DNA from: Bacteroidia bacterium
GTDB lineage: Bacteria > Bacteroidota > Bacteroidia > Bacteroidales > UBA7960
Assembly (NCBI GenBank): GCA_007695305.1
Contig: REEA01000108.1
Location: forward strand, 1,030-65,029
Length of the DNA stretch: 64,000 bases
Reading direction: 5' to 3'
Part shown: piece by piece, positions 18,975-29,444 of the stretch
Position numbering within the stretch: position 1 is the first letter of the stretch
Layout of the letters: each line of letters starts with the position of its first letter
Position numbers and translations under genes: made by a program
The notes under the pieces: model-generated
The model's database searches: none
Told to the model about the DNA's origin: nothing
The model's input: the letters and a program-made list of their open reading frames with translations, nothing else

Positions 18975-19763
18975 TTATTTTGAACAGATGACCTGTTGGT
19001 TAAATTCTAAATTGATTCTATTATAGTAATGCCAACCTATTTCCGGCAAACCGTTTATATAAAAAAACCGAAGTTTGTTAAATTTCTCTGCTATGTTGTC
19101 TGCATACCCGAATTCAATGATGTGTGCGCCATTCTTGGGTATCATTTCAAACTTCCCGTTTTCAAGCACTGTAATGTGATCTATGAATGCTCTCCAAAAA
19201 GGATCATCATGGATATAAGTTGCCAGCAGAAACAGATCGTGCATGGCATCAGGGCGCTTCTGATCCTTTTCTCCACCCAGGGTGCGAATGTTTTTCCCTG
19301 CTTCGTAAGCGGCTTCCACATGTCCGCTGACAATCATCACCCTTGCCGTATGTGTTCCGGATAATGGGAACATGTATCCGCGGGTGTCCACATAATAGCT
19401 TCGGTCATGGCGGTTAACCAAGCGCATCAGCGGATCCCGCAACCTGATATCGGCCCTCAACTCATTGTTGATCGTCCGGTAAATGTTTGCCTGTTCCACA
19501 AATGGTACATCATGAATCAAACCATGAACCACTTGTAATTTCTCCGGTTTTAAATTGCTTCCTTCAATTTTGTCGAGATGTTTAATGACCATTTCCCGAA
19601 AGTCATCGGGATACATGAAATAGTTTCCACTCCGGCTGCTGACACTGACTTCAAAATTTGTACATGCGGTTTGCAGATTATTGCTTACCGAAAACGAAAG
19701 GAGCATGCCGAGAATTACCAATACAAGCGATACCCCTGATATGTTGATGATGTTTCTTATCAT
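18975..19763 (-). CDS. ftsQ: cell division protein FtsQ
   Basis: 262 aa. It has an N-terminal TM helix and a POTRA-like region, and sits between murC and ftsA. Confidence 0.75.
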   Translation of the reverse strand: MIRNIINISGVSLVLVILGMLLSFSVSNNLQTACTNFEVSVSSRSGNYFMYPDDFREMVIKHLDKIEGSNLKPEKLQVVHGLIHDVPFVEQANIYRTINNELRADIRLRDPLMRLVNRHDRSYYVDTRGYMFPLSGTHTARVMIVSGHVEAAYEAGKNIRTLGGEKDQKRPDAMHDLFLLATYIHDDPFWRAFIDHITVLENGKFEMIPKNGAHIIEFGYADNIAEKFNKLRFFYINGLPEIGWHYYNRINLEFNQQVICSK

Positions 19764-21124
19764 GACATTGCCCGGTTGGTTAATATTTTTTTGATGGGTT
19801 CTGCAAACCGATCGATATCGCCTGCACCCATGGTGATCAGAATCTCAATTTCCAATGCTTTCAATACATCAGGCAGTTTTTCCCTGGAGCAATGCAATGC
19901 CTTGCTGCCCTTTATCTTTTTCAGTATCAAATTGACATCCACACCCGGAATGGGTTTTTCCCTGGCGGGGTAAATGTCCATCAATATCAGTTGGTCGGCT
20001 TCTGAGAGACTTTCCGCAAATTGAACAGCCAGGTCGCGTGTTCTGGAATACAGATGGGGTTGAAAAACGACTGTGATTTTCTTCTCCGGCCACATTTCTC
20101 TGGCTGATGAAATACAGGCGTTAATTTCTTCCGGAAGGTGTGCATAGTCGTCAATGTAAACCATTTTTGCCGTATGCAGGCAAATCTCAAAGCGCCGTTT
20201 TACTCCAAGAAAACTGTTCAATGCTTTTTTGATGATCTGTGGTGCTATACCGGCCTGATGGGCCAGGGCTGTTGCTGCCAGTGCATTTTCAAGGTTATGT
20301 TTCCCCGGATGCCCGATCTGCATATCCCGAATCGTTATCAATCCTGCCATATCAGCATGGTAATGTCCACTGTCCGCGTAAACATTTTCCAGGTAATAAT
20401 CTGCGGGATAATCCCGGTGATATTCAAGAGAGGGATTTTCATATCTTATCTTCCTGCTGACGTCCTTGCCGGTTATAAGGGTACCATCGGGCGGAAGCTT
20501 TTTTGCAAATAAGGAAAATGACTCCAGGAGGGCTTCCTCATTTTTGTATATATCCATGTGATCACTGTCGATGGCACTGATCAATGCTATCTTTGGCGAG
20601 AGATGCAGGAACGAACGGTCAAACTCATCTGCTTCGGCAATCATCCATTGCGGGTTGGCTTCTCCAAGAAAATTGGTGTTATAGTTAGTGGCAATTCCTC
20701 CCAGAAAAGAGATACACGGCACTGATGCGGTCTTAAAAATGTGGGTTAGCATGGCAGCAATGGTGGTTTTACCATGTGTTCCTGCAATGCCTATGGTTGG
20801 TATACCCGCTGATATGATTCCCAGAATTTCCGCTCTTTTCCTTATGGGTATCTGCTTATGGAGAAAGTAGCCGTACAAAGTGGTTGTGAGCGGCACAGCT
20901 GGCGTTCGGATGACGAGCTCCGGCATTATCCGGATGGTTGAGGGATCGTCGGCATACGTTACTTCGACACCTTCCTTTTCCAGGGCAGCGGTCACCGGGC
21001 TTGGTGTTTTGTCATATCCACTCACATTTACACCCCGTTGATGAAAGTACCTGGCAAGGGCACTCATGCCAATACCTCCTATCCCGAGGAAATAAATGTT
21101 TGTTATTTGGTCTAACTGCTTCAA
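19760..21124 (-). CDS. murC: UDP-N-acetylmuramate--L-alanine ligase
   Basis: 454 aa. Motifs are FLGIGGIGMSALA and the P-loop GIAGTHGKTT. Confidence 0.95.
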   Translation of the reverse strand: MKQLDQITNIYFLGIGGIGMSALARYFHQRGVNVSGYDKTPSPVTAALEKEGVEVTYADDPSTIRIMPELVIRTPAVPLTTTLYGYFLHKQIPIRKRAEILGIISAGIPTIGIAGTHGKTTIAAMLTHIFKTASVPCISFLGGIATNYNTNFLGEANPQWMIAEADEFDRSFLHLSPKIALISAIDSDHMDIYKNEEALLESFSLFAKKLPPDGTLITGKDVSRKIRYENPSLEYHRDYPADYYLENVYADSGHYHADMAGLITIRDMQIGHPGKHNLENALAATALAHQAGIAPQIIKKALNSFLGVKRRFEICLHTAKMVYIDDYAHLPEEINACISSAREMWPEKKITVVFQPHLYSRTRDLAVQFAESLSEADQLILMDIYPAREKPIPGVDVNLILKKIKGSKALHCSREKLPDVLKALEIEILITMGAGDIDRFAEPIKKILTNRAMS

Positions 21125-21202
21125 CTCCGTTGCTCCTGTTTGTTGGTTTGTTAACGCGTTGTCTGTATATTTGGTTTTCGTGTGATTGTATCCTCTGTCA
21201 GT

Positions 21203-22336
21203 TCATTGTTTTTTTGTATGAATCATTGAAAGTGCCACTCCGGCAATCCTGTCAGCTGCATTGCGATAGGACATTCCGGCCATTTTCTCTTTCAGGCGAT
21301 GTTTCTTTTCATCATCAAAAATGAGATTAACCACTTCCTCCCCCAGTTTGTCCTGCGCTTCATCGTCTTTTATGTGGATGGCTGCATGATGAGTTACCAG
21401 TGCCATGGCATTTTTGGTTTGATGATCTTCGGCCACATTGGGCGAGGGGATCAATATTGCAGGTTTTCGAACAAGACATATTTCCGATACGGCAATGGCG
21501 CCAGCACGGCTGACCACCACATCTGCTGCTGCATAGGCATAGTCCATTCTGTCGATAAATGTTGCCACATACAGGTGAGCCTCCGGCAGGCTTTTAATGG
21601 CTTCCTTAGCCTGGTCGATAAAATGAACGCCGGTTTGCCAGATCAACTGGATGTCTTTGTTGACAAACAACCGCAGGTTTGACAGCACGCTTTCGTTGAT
21701 GCTCCGGGCTCCCAGGCTGCCACCGGTCACGAACAAAACCGGTTTTTTGGCAATAAGGCCGAAATATGTCAATGCTTCCGCCTTTTTCCCTTCAATATTT
21801 GCAATATCTTGTCTCACTGGGTTTCCCGTCAGATAGAGTTTGTCTTTTTTGAAATATTTATCCAGTCCTTCGTAGGCAACGCAAATTTTTTGTGCTTTTT
21901 TTCCCAGTATCCGGTTGGTTAAGCCGGGGTAGGAGTTTTGTTCCTGCAGCAGTATGGGTATTTTTTGTCCGGCAGCTGCCCAAAGCACGGGCCCGCTCGC
22001 ATAGCCTCCAACCCCGATAACAATGTCGGGTTTATATCTTTTGATGATTCTTTTGGCTGCTACAATGCTTTTCAGGAGTTTCCACGGCACCAATACATTT
22101 TTCCATGTAATGCGACGCTGAATACCTGCAATGTCCAATCCGATAATACGAAAGCCGGCTTCCGGCACTTTTCTCATCTCCATGCGACCTCTGGCTCCCA
22201 CAAACAGTAACTGGATGTTGAACAACTTTTTTTTCAGGGCCAAAGCAATGGCTATGGCAGGGAATACGTGCCCTCCCGTTCCGCCACCGGCAATGATTGC
22301 TCTCAATGGCTTAGCCTGTTGTGATTGCTTCTGCAT
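21203..22336 (-). CDS. murG: undecaprenyldiphospho-muramoylpentapeptide beta-N-acetylglucosaminyltransferase
   Basis: 377 aa. Motifs are AGGGTGGHVFPA and a C-terminal SRAGA...E motif. Confidence 0.95.
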   Translation of the reverse strand: MQKQSQQAKPLRAIIAGGGTGGHVFPAIAIALALKKKLFNIQLLFVGARGRMEMRKVPEAGFRIIGLDIAGIQRRITWKNVLVPWKLLKSIVAAKRIIKRYKPDIVIGVGGYASGPVLWAAAGQKIPILLQEQNSYPGLTNRILGKKAQKICVAYEGLDKYFKKDKLYLTGNPVRQDIANIEGKKAEALTYFGLIAKKPVLFVTGGSLGARSINESVLSNLRLFVNKDIQLIWQTGVHFIDQAKEAIKSLPEAHLYVATFIDRMDYAYAAADVVVSRAGAIAVSEICLVRKPAILIPSPNVAEDHQTKNAMALVTHHAAIHIKDDEAQDKLGEEVVNLIFDDEKKHRLKEKMAGMSYRNAADRIAGVALSMIHTKKQ

Positions 22337-23504
22337 GGTTGACCTCTTCGTTTTCTATTTGTTCCACTTTGCGGCTTACGCTTAAAATAATGCCAATGGA
22401 GAGGCTTGTAAACCACAACGATGTGCCGCCCATACTCACAAGGGGCAGCGGCTGCCCGGTAACCGGCAGCAGGTTTACGGCAACCGCCATATTGATCAGT
22501 GCCTGGAAGACAAGACTGAAACTTAGTCCCACCGCAAGCAATGCCCCAAATGTACCCGGAGATTTATGGGCGATTCTAATTCCGCGATACAACAGTATCA
22601 GATAAAACAACAATACCAGAAAACCTCCTGCCAAACCGTATTCTTCAATAATAATGGCATAGATAAAATCTGAATAGGCCTGGGGTAACAAGTTCCGCTG
22701 ACTGGAATTGCCCGGCAGTTTTCCCACAACTCCACCGCTGGCTATGGCAATTTTTGCCTGGTCGGCCTGGTATGTGTCTCCTGTTTCTTTGTTAACAAAT
22801 GAGCTGATCCTGTTTTGCCATGTATGAGTCCTTCCACTGTCGGGCATGGCCATCAGAACCGCCACAAAAAGGGCCACGCCAACAATGCTTATACCTGTGA
22901 GACCCATAATATATTTGACAGGGATGCGACCTATAAACATGAGGATCATGGAGGTAATAAACAAAATGGCAGCTGTTGAAAAGTTGGCCGGTAAAATGAG
23001 GGCACAAATCAACATAACAGGGATGGCAAGGGGGAAAAAGGAAGCATGCAGATCCCGGATTGTCTCCTGCTTACGTGTCAAACCCCTTGCCAGGTATATG
23101 ATAAGAGCCACTTTGGCAATATCTGAACTCTGAAAGCTAAGGTTGATAAAAGGAACTGTGACCCAGCGCTGCGCTTCGTGTATGGAGGTTCCTTTGAAAA
23201 GAGTAAAAATCAGTAGCGGAATGGCAATAATGAGGGCCAGTTGCGAAAAACGGGAGTAATAAGAATATCTCACGTTGTGCGCCAAATACATCAGTCCAAA
23301 CCCAAAAACAACAATGATGAAGTGCTTCACCACGTAGTATTCGGTATTTCCTGCCCTGAAACGGTAGGCCAGTGTACCTGTTGAACTGTAGACTGCCAGA
23401 ATGGAAAAAACATAGAGGAGTACCACCACGAACCAGATCGTGCGGTCTCCCTTAAATTTTTTCAGCAGGTTTTGCATGGAGTTCATTTTAATTGCCGTTT
23501 TCAC
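22311..23504 (-). CDS. ftsW: SEDS-family peptidoglycan glycosyltransferase FtsW
   Basis: 397-aa polytopic membrane ORF with motif LPVTGQPLPLVSMGGTS. It overlaps the murG start by 26 nt. Confidence 0.9.
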   Translation of the reverse strand: MKTAIKMNSMQNLLKKFKGDRTIWFVVVLLYVFSILAVYSSTGTLAYRFRAGNTEYYVVKHFIIVVFGFGLMYLAHNVRYSYYSRFSQLALIIAIPLLIFTLFKGTSIHEAQRWVTVPFINLSFQSSDIAKVALIIYLARGLTRKQETIRDLHASFFPLAIPVMLICALILPANFSTAAILFITSMILMFIGRIPVKYIMGLTGISIVGVALFVAVLMAMPDSGRTHTWQNRISSFVNKETGDTYQADQAKIAIASGGVVGKLPGNSSQRNLLPQAYSDFIYAIIIEEYGLAGGFLVLLFYLILLYRGIRIAHKSPGTFGALLAVGLSFSLVFQALINMAVAVNLLPVTGQPLPLVSMGGTSLWFTSLSIGIILSVSRKVEQIENEEVNHAEAITTG

Positions 23505-23543
23505 ATTTTTTCATGATGTAATAACCAACCGCTATATATTTGC

Positions 23544-24092
23544 CTATAACCCATATACAGCATGTTTAAACACATCTCCTCTTTGTTCATAGTTGTCATA
23601 ATAATCAAAGCTGGCGCTTGCCGGCGAAAGTAAAACGATATCGCCGGGTTCACCAATTTCATATGCCATTTTTACGGCTTCTTCCATATCCCGGAATTCG
23701 GTTAAGGGTATACCAAGGTGCTGAAAAGACCTGATCATATTGCTGTTGTCTGCCCCAATACAAATAATTGCTTTAACCTTTTGCTTTATCAGCCGGTATA
23801 GCATGGTATAGTCATTGTCCCTGTCTTTCCCTCCGGCAATCCATATAATGGGATAATGCATGATTTCCAGGGCAAACCAGCTTGCATTGACATTGGTTGC
23901 CCTGCTGTCGTTGATAAACCGGATGCCCCTGATGGTAGCCACCTCTTCCAGGCGATGTTCCAGATTTGGAAAGCCACCCAGGCTTTCTTTGATCATCTGT
24001 TTTCGGATACCCGGAAAATGGTTTGCAATGGTCTCAACCATGCTGTTGCTTTGCCCTGATTTTGTCTTTAAAGACTGTTCGATGGTATACAT
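23544..24092 (-). CDS. murD: truncated UDP-N-acetylmuramoylalanine--D-glutamate ligase (C-terminal domain only; possible pseudogene or assembly gap)
   Basis: 182-aa ORF with MurD C-terminal-domain motifs LEHRLEEV, FINDSRATNVNA, LLSPASASFD and NYEQRGDVF. Full-length MurD is ~440-450 aa. No Rossmann domain or P-loop is present. Only 16 bp separate its ATG from the mraY stop. Confidence 0.8.
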   Translation of the reverse strand: MYTIEQSLKTKSGQSNSMVETIANHFPGIRKQMIKESLGGFPNLEHRLEEVATIRGIRFINDSRATNVNASWFALEIMHYPIIWIAGGKDRDNDYTMLYRLIKQKVKAIICIGADNSNMIRSFQHLGIPLTEFRDMEEAVKMAYEIGEPGDIVLLSPASASFDYYDNYEQRGDVFKHAVYGL

Positions 24093-24108
24093 ATATTTTT
24101 TTAACTAA

Positions 24109-25365
24109 CTATCTTAATTTTAATGTGATGACAGAAAAAACAGCCAGGATAATCCCTACAATAAAGAACCTTTGTACGATCTTGGCTTCGTGCATGTTTT
24201 TCATCTGAAAATGATGATGCAGGGGGGCCATCAGGAATATTCTCCTGCCTGCACCAAAGCGTTTTTTTGTGATTTTGAACCAGGTCACCTGAATGATCAC
24301 TGAGAGGCTTTCCACGAAAAAAATGCCGCACAAAATGGGGATGAGCAACTCTTTTCGGATCACGATGGCAAAAACGGCAATGATTCCTCCAAGGGAAAGG
24401 CTCCCGGTGTCGCCCATGAATACCTGAGCAGGGTAGGTGTTATACCACAGGAATCCAATGCAGGCACCCACGAATGCCGCGATGAACACCACCAATTCAC
24501 CTGTGTTGGGGATAAACATGATATTCAGATAATTGGCAAAAACCACGTTTCCTGAAACATAGGCAAGAACCCCCAGGGTAACACCGATGATCGCAGAAGT
24601 GCCGGTGGCAAGTCCGTCAAGGCCATCGGTGATATTTGCGCCGTTTGATACTGCCGCGATAATCAATATCACAATGGGGATAAAAACCAGGAAAGCCCAT
24701 TTTTCATATCCTTCCCCCAGGAAAGAAAGCAACACAGCATAGTCAAACTCATTGTCCTTGAAAAACGGAATGGTCGTTTTGGTGGATTTGACCGACTCCA
24801 AGGGAAAAGGGGAATCCAATCGCGGTGGAGCATCCAGTTCCAGTATTTCATTTGTGCTGATGAACTCCAGCGGGACTTCCGTTTTTTCCCTGATTACAAT
24901 CCCTTCGTGAAAAAACATTGTGACCCCAACAAGGATACCCAGCACAACCTGTCCGAGAATTTTGAATTTGCCGTGCAACCCCTGCTTGTCTTTCCGGAAA
25001 ACCTTGATGTAATCATCCATAAACCCGATGAATCCAAGCCACAATGTGGCAATGATCATTAAAATGATATAAACGTTGTTGAGTTTTGCAAAAAGCAGTG
25101 TTGGAATCACGATGGCTGCAATCATCATCAACCCGCCCATGGTAGGGGTTCCTTTTTTGTCGTTTTGTCCCTGCAGACCAAGATCCCTTATGGTTTCCCC
25201 CACTTGTTTTCTTTTCAGCAAAGCAATGATTTTGCCACCTGAAATCATTGTGATGAACAATGACAGAATCAATGCCATCCCCGCACGGAAGGAAATGTAT
25301 TGGAATACACCCGTTCCGGGAATGTCATAATTTTGGTCCAAAAACTCAAACAACGTGTATAACAT
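24109..25365 (-). CDS. mraY: phospho-N-acetylmuramoyl-pentapeptide transferase
   Basis: 418 aa. Motifs are [24 protein letters not shown] and APLHHHF. Confidence 0.97.
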   Translation of the reverse strand: MLYTLFEFLDQNYDIPGTGVFQYISFRAGMALILSLFITMISGGKIIALLKRKQVGETIRDLGLQGQNDKKGTPTMGGLMMIAAIVIPTLLFAKLNNVYIILMIIATLWLGFIGFMDDYIKVFRKDKQGLHGKFKILGQVVLGILVGVTMFFHEGIVIREKTEVPLEFISTNEILELDAPPRLDSPFPLESVKSTKTTIPFFKDNEFDYAVLLSFLGEGYEKWAFLVFIPIVILIIAAVSNGANITDGLDGLATGTSAIIGVTLGVLAYVSGNVVFANYLNIMFIPNTGELVVFIAAFVGACIGFLWYNTYPAQVFMGDTGSLSLGGIIAVFAIVIRKELLIPILCGIFFVESLSVIIQVTWFKITKKRFGAGRRIFLMAPLHHHFQMKNMHEAKIVQRFFIVGIILAVFSVITLKLR

Positions 25366-25367
25366 TG

Positions 25368-26852
25368 CTATCTGTTTAATAAATGATGTAAAATTTGTTT
25401 GTCGTCAAATGGGTGTTTCACCCCTTTGGTCTCCTGGAACTTTTCATGACCCTTCCCGGCTACCAATATGATGTCACCATTTGTTGCCATCACGCAGGCC
25501 ACATTGATCGCTTCCTTACGATTGGTAACCACAAGGTATTTTGACTTGAGGGTTGGATCAAGGTCAAGTCCTTTTTTCATGTCGTTGATGATCTTTTGAG
25601 GGTTTTCTGACCGGGGATTGTCGCTGGTGAAAATCACTCTGTCGCTCAGTGATGCTGCGATGGCTGCCATGGGACCTCTTTTGGTTTTGTCTCTGTCGCC
25701 GCCGCATCCGATCACGGTGATCAGTTTTTCGTTGCCGGTTCTGATTTCATTGATTGTTTCCAGGATGTTTTTTAATGCATCGGGTGTATGTGCATAATCC
25801 ACAATGCCTTTGATACTATCGTTTCCGTGTATAAACTCAAACCTGCCTTCCGGAGCTTTGGTGGCCGAAATGGCAGTGAGCAGGTTTTCTTTACTTTTCC
25901 CCAGCATACATCCGGCCCCATAAACGGCAAGTATATTGTAAGCATTAAATTTTCCAACAAGATTGCACCAAATATCCCTGTCGTCGATTTGCATATGTAA
26001 TCCGGAGAAGCTGTTTTCCAGAACCTTTCCTTTGAAGTCGGCCATGGCCTCCAAACTATAAGTTTTTTGATCGGCTTTGGTGTTCTGCACCATGATCAAC
26101 CCGTTCTTGTCATCAAGGTTGGTTAATACAAATGCATCCTCGTCAAGATCGTTGAACAGCATTTGCTTACTGTTGAGATATTCTTTTGTTGTTTTGTGAT
26201 AATCCAGGTGATCGTGTGAGAAGTTGGTGAATATGGCACCTGTAAATGCGACTCCTGCTACTCTTGACTGGGCGAGTGCATGAGAACTAACCTCCATAAA
26301 CACATATTCGCATTTTTCCTCTGCCATCTGATGCAATAGATTGTTAATGGTTATTGCGTCGGGTGTAGTAAAGGAACTTTCGATTTCCCTCTCATGCACA
26401 ATATTGCCGATAGTGGAAATGAGGCCACACCGGTGTCCCAGGCGTTTAAATACCTCATAAAGCATTCTTGTTACAGTTGTTTTTCCATTGGTTCCGGTTA
26501 CCCCTATAAGTTTAAGTTTTCTTGATGGATGATCGTAAAAGTTGGCCGCTGCAATGCCCAATGCTTTTGCAGTGTTGCTTACAGCTATATAGCTGACATT
26601 TTCGTGGATTTTATCCGGCATATGTTCGCACAAGATGGCTGTTGCACCTCTGTCAATTGCCTCTTCAATATAATCATGACCGTCAACAGTCAAACCTTTC
26701 ACAGCAACAAACAGGCATTCCTTCGATGCAGACCGGGAGTCGGATACCACATCATATATATCAGTATCCATGCTACCCGATGTTCTGGTAATACCGGTTT
26801 TATAAACAATATCCGTTAATGAGCCGGGTTTATTCTTCATTAGTTTATGCAT
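25368..26852 (-). CDS. murE: UDP-N-acetylmuramoyl-L-alanyl-D-glutamate--2,6-diaminopimelate ligase
   Basis: 494 aa. Motifs are the P-loop [10 protein letters not shown] and SDNPRSE, plus GKGHE. Confidence 0.95.
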   Translation of the reverse strand: MHKLMKNKPGSLTDIVYKTGITRTSGSMDTDIYDVVSDSRSASKECLFVAVKGLTVDGHDYIEEAIDRGATAILCEHMPDKIHENVSYIAVSNTAKALGIAAANFYDHPSRKLKLIGVTGTNGKTTVTRMLYEVFKRLGHRCGLISTIGNIVHEREIESSFTTPDAITINNLLHQMAEEKCEYVFMEVSSHALAQSRVAGVAFTGAIFTNFSHDHLDYHKTTKEYLNSKQMLFNDLDEDAFVLTNLDDKNGLIMVQNTKADQKTYSLEAMADFKGKVLENSFSGLHMQIDDRDIWCNLVGKFNAYNILAVYGAGCMLGKSKENLLTAISATKAPEGRFEFIHGNDSIKGIVDYAHTPDALKNILETINEIRTGNEKLITVIGCGGDRDKTKRGPMAAIAASLSDRVIFTSDNPRSENPQKIINDMKKGLDLDPTLKSKYLVVTNRKEAINVACVMATNGDIILVAGKGHEKFQETKGVKHPFDDKQILHHLLNR

Positions 26853-26894
26853 TTTTATGGCAAATTGGCCTTAATGTCAAATGTTTTTCTTTGG

Positions 26895-29000
26895 TCATGA
26901 TAATTCAATGTGTATTACGCTTCCCGGGTTTATTCTCGTTCCGGGCCGGATGCTTTGCCTCTGTACTGTTCCTCTGCCGGTAAACCGGACCTTCAAGCCT
27001 GCATTTTCCAGTACGAACATTGCATCTCTCAGGCCCATTCCCACTACCTCCGGCACCAGGTTTTCCACAAACTCACGTTCTTGCAGCTCAACAGTATCAG
27101 CCTGTACAATGGATCTGACGTAGTTGCCTGCCACATCATTTATCAGATGTGCGTGCAATTCGGCATAGATGGTTTTCATGTCTTCATGGTAAGCATTCCG
27201 GAAAGATGGTACGGAGCGTGCTATGAGATGCTCCCGTGGTGGTTTTTCCGGGGTAAAAAGGCGGGCGGCATAAATTTTGTCGGCGATTTCGCGGAAAACA
27301 GGTGCTGCAACCTGTCCTCCGGTATACGACCATCCTGTGGGTTCGTAAATTACTACAATACAACTATATGCGGGATTGTTGGCGGGAAAATATCCGACAA
27401 ATGATGCCTGATACCTGGTTTTGCCCTGCAATTGGTACCCACCTGTTTCCTGTGTGATTTGGGCAGTTCCAGTTTTACCGGCTATGGAATAAGCGCTTGT
27501 ATGGATATTTTTAGCTGTACCGTTTTCCACCACACCTATCAATAGTTCACGGGCTTTATCAATGGTGGAAGGTTTGGCAATTCTGCGATCAATCACTGTC
27601 GGTGAAAACTGATTGATGGTTCTGCCTGCCTGGCGTATCTCACTGACAAACATTGGCTTGACCATTGTTCCGTTGTTCGCCACAGCATTGTATAAGGTCA
27701 GGGTTTGCAAGGGTGTCAGGGATACCTCATATCCGATAGACATCCAGGGAAGGGATACTCTTGACCAACCGGGATCACCGGCGTCTCTGATGATGGGTTG
27801 CCCTTCTCCGGATATTTCAATATCAAGGGGCCTGTGGAGATGCATTTGTTTCAGCCGGTCCACGAAGCGTTGGGGCTGATTCTTGTAAGCATCATAAATT
27901 ACCTGTGATATCCCCACGTTTGAAGATACCTCAAAAGCCTCTCTGATGGTAATAACACCCCGGCCTTCATTGCTGGCGTCCCGCATTACCCTGTCATAAT
28001 AGGTTGTCCTGCCGTTACGGGTGTCTGTAGAGTCTTCAATAGAAAAAAGACCGTCCTCCAGACCTGCCATCAAACCAGCCAGTTTAAAAGTTGATCCCGG
28101 TTCGCTGCTGTGTCCGATAGCGAAGTTATATGCCTCTTCATACCTTCCTGTACTTCTGTTAAGGAGCAGGTTGGAGATTGCCTTTATTTTACCGGTTGAA
28201 ACCTCCATTACAACCGCGGTACCGGCTAATGCCTGTCTTTGATGCAGTTGTCGAAGCAGAGCTTTTTCAGTTATATCCTGTATCTGAATATTGATCGTTG
28301 TAACCAGGTCTTTACCGTTCTTTGGATGAATCACATTGTGATCGCTGATAGGCATCCACGAGTTCCCGCTGGTGCGCTGCATGAGCTGCTTACCTTCTGT
28401 CCCCTGCAGGTATTCCTGGTAAGCGCCTTCCAACCCGACGTATATTCCTTCGCGATTGTATCCGATAGTTCTGGCTGCCAGCGTTTTATAAGGCATTTGA
28501 CGACGAGTTCCCTGGACAACGATCAAACCGCTGCGGAATCTCCCCAGGTGAAACAGCGGGAATTGTTGCAGTTGCAAAAGTTCTTCATGACTCACATTCC
28601 TTTTGATCAGGTAATACCTGTGCTGATTACTGCGGGCCTGCGACAAATCAGCCTTGTAGCGTGCCGGGCTTCTGTCGCCAAACAAGCGGGACAGACTGAC
28701 TGCCAGCGCATCAATGTTTGCATTAAATACTTCATCGGAGGTTACTTCGCGGCTCATGTCCATGCGAATCTCATATACCGGTATGTTGGTTGCCAGTAAC
28801 CGCCCGTCATCTGCATAAATGTCGCCCCTGTTGGCATCAACCCGGACATCCCGAAGGGTAACCAGACGGTCTCGCTCCCTCCAGTAATCGCCCTCTACAA
28901 ATTGAATATAAATAACCTTTCCCATGATGAGCAAGCCCAGTAGTACCATAGAAAAGTATACCAGACGCATTCTCCACAATATGTCGTTTTTCTGCTCCAC
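26895..29000 (-). CDS. ftsI: class B penicillin-binding protein (FtsI/PBP3-type transpeptidase) with a C-terminal PASTA domain
   Basis: Transpeptidase motifs are STFK (SEPGSTFKL), SSN (EVSSNVG) and KTG (AGKTGTA). The ORF track extends to 29117 and would overlap ftsL by 104 nt. GTG at 29000 (13 nt after the ftsL stop) gives MEQKNDILWRMR followed by the TM helix, which is more plausible. Confidence 0.9.
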   Translation of the reverse strand: MEQKNDILWRMRLVYFSMVLLGLLIMGKVIYIQFVEGDYWRERDRLVTLRDVRVDANRGDIYADDGRLLATNIPVYEIRMDMSREVTSDEVFNANIDALAVSLSRLFGDRSPARYKADLSQARSNQHRYYLIKRNVSHEELLQLQQFPLFHLGRFRSGLIVVQGTRRQMPYKTLAARTIGYNREGIYVGLEGAYQEYLQGTEGKQLMQRTSGNSWMPISDHNVIHPKNGKDLVTTINIQIQDITEKALLRQLHQRQALAGTAVVMEVSTGKIKAISNLLLNRSTGRYEEAYNFAIGHSSEPGSTFKLAGLMAGLEDGLFSIEDSTDTRNGRTTYYDRVMRDASNEGRGVITIREAFEVSSNVGISQVIYDAYKNQPQRFVDRLKQMHLHRPLDIEISGEGQPIIRDAGDPGWSRVSLPWMSIGYEVSLTPLQTLTLYNAVANNGTMVKPMFVSEIRQAGRTINQFSPTVIDRRIAKPSTIDKARELLIGVVENGTAKNIHTSAYSIAGKTGTAQITQETGGYQLQGKTRYQASFVGYFPANNPAYSCIVVIYEPTGWSYTGGQVAAPVFREIADKIYAARLFTPEKPPREHLIARSVPSFRNAYHEDMKTIYAELHAHLINDVAGNYVRSIVQADTVELQEREFVENLVPEVVGMGLRDAMFVLENAGLKVRFTGRGTVQRQSIRPGTRINPGSVIHIELS

Positions 29001-29013
29001 TGTGGTTGTTATA

Positions 29014-29442
29014 TTATTGTTTTGATCGTGATGGCCTGTTTTGACCAAACAACCTGACAAAAAAGTTTGTATCGCTATGATTATCAAAAACAGCAACCGG
29101 TGGTTCGGTTGATTCAATAAAGCCCCTGTTTCTCAACCGGCGCGCTATTTCCGATTGCTGCGTCAGAAACATATATTCAGATTTGGTTTGTATATACCTG
29201 ATGCGTAGTTCTGTCATTTCTTTACGGAGTTGCTCGGTTTCACGGGCTTTTTTTTCTGCATAATAGGTGTTGAATATGAGCATGAGTGCCAACCCTCCAA
29301 GGAACAGGATAAAAGGCATAGCGGATCCCGCTTTGTTGTTGGCAAGCACACTGCCATCCAGCAACTGGAGAAAAAAGCGCCCCAAAGCATTCGGTCGCGC
29401 ATTACGCTTCGGTTTTTCCTTTTTTTTCATCCGGTTTGACAT
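29014..29442 (-). CDS. ftsL: FtsL-like cell division protein
   Basis: 142 aa. It has a basic N-terminus, a single TM helix (MPFILFLGGLALMLIF) and a coiled-coil segment, and sits between rsmH and ftsI. Confidence 0.7.
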   Translation of the reverse strand: MSNRMKKKEKPKRNARPNALGRFFLQLLDGSVLANNKAGSAMPFILFLGGLALMLIFNTYYAEKKARETEQLRKEMTELRIRYIQTKSEYMFLTQQSEIARRLRNRGFIESTEPPVAVFDNHSDTNFFVRLFGQNRPSRSKQ

Positions 29443-29444
29443 CG

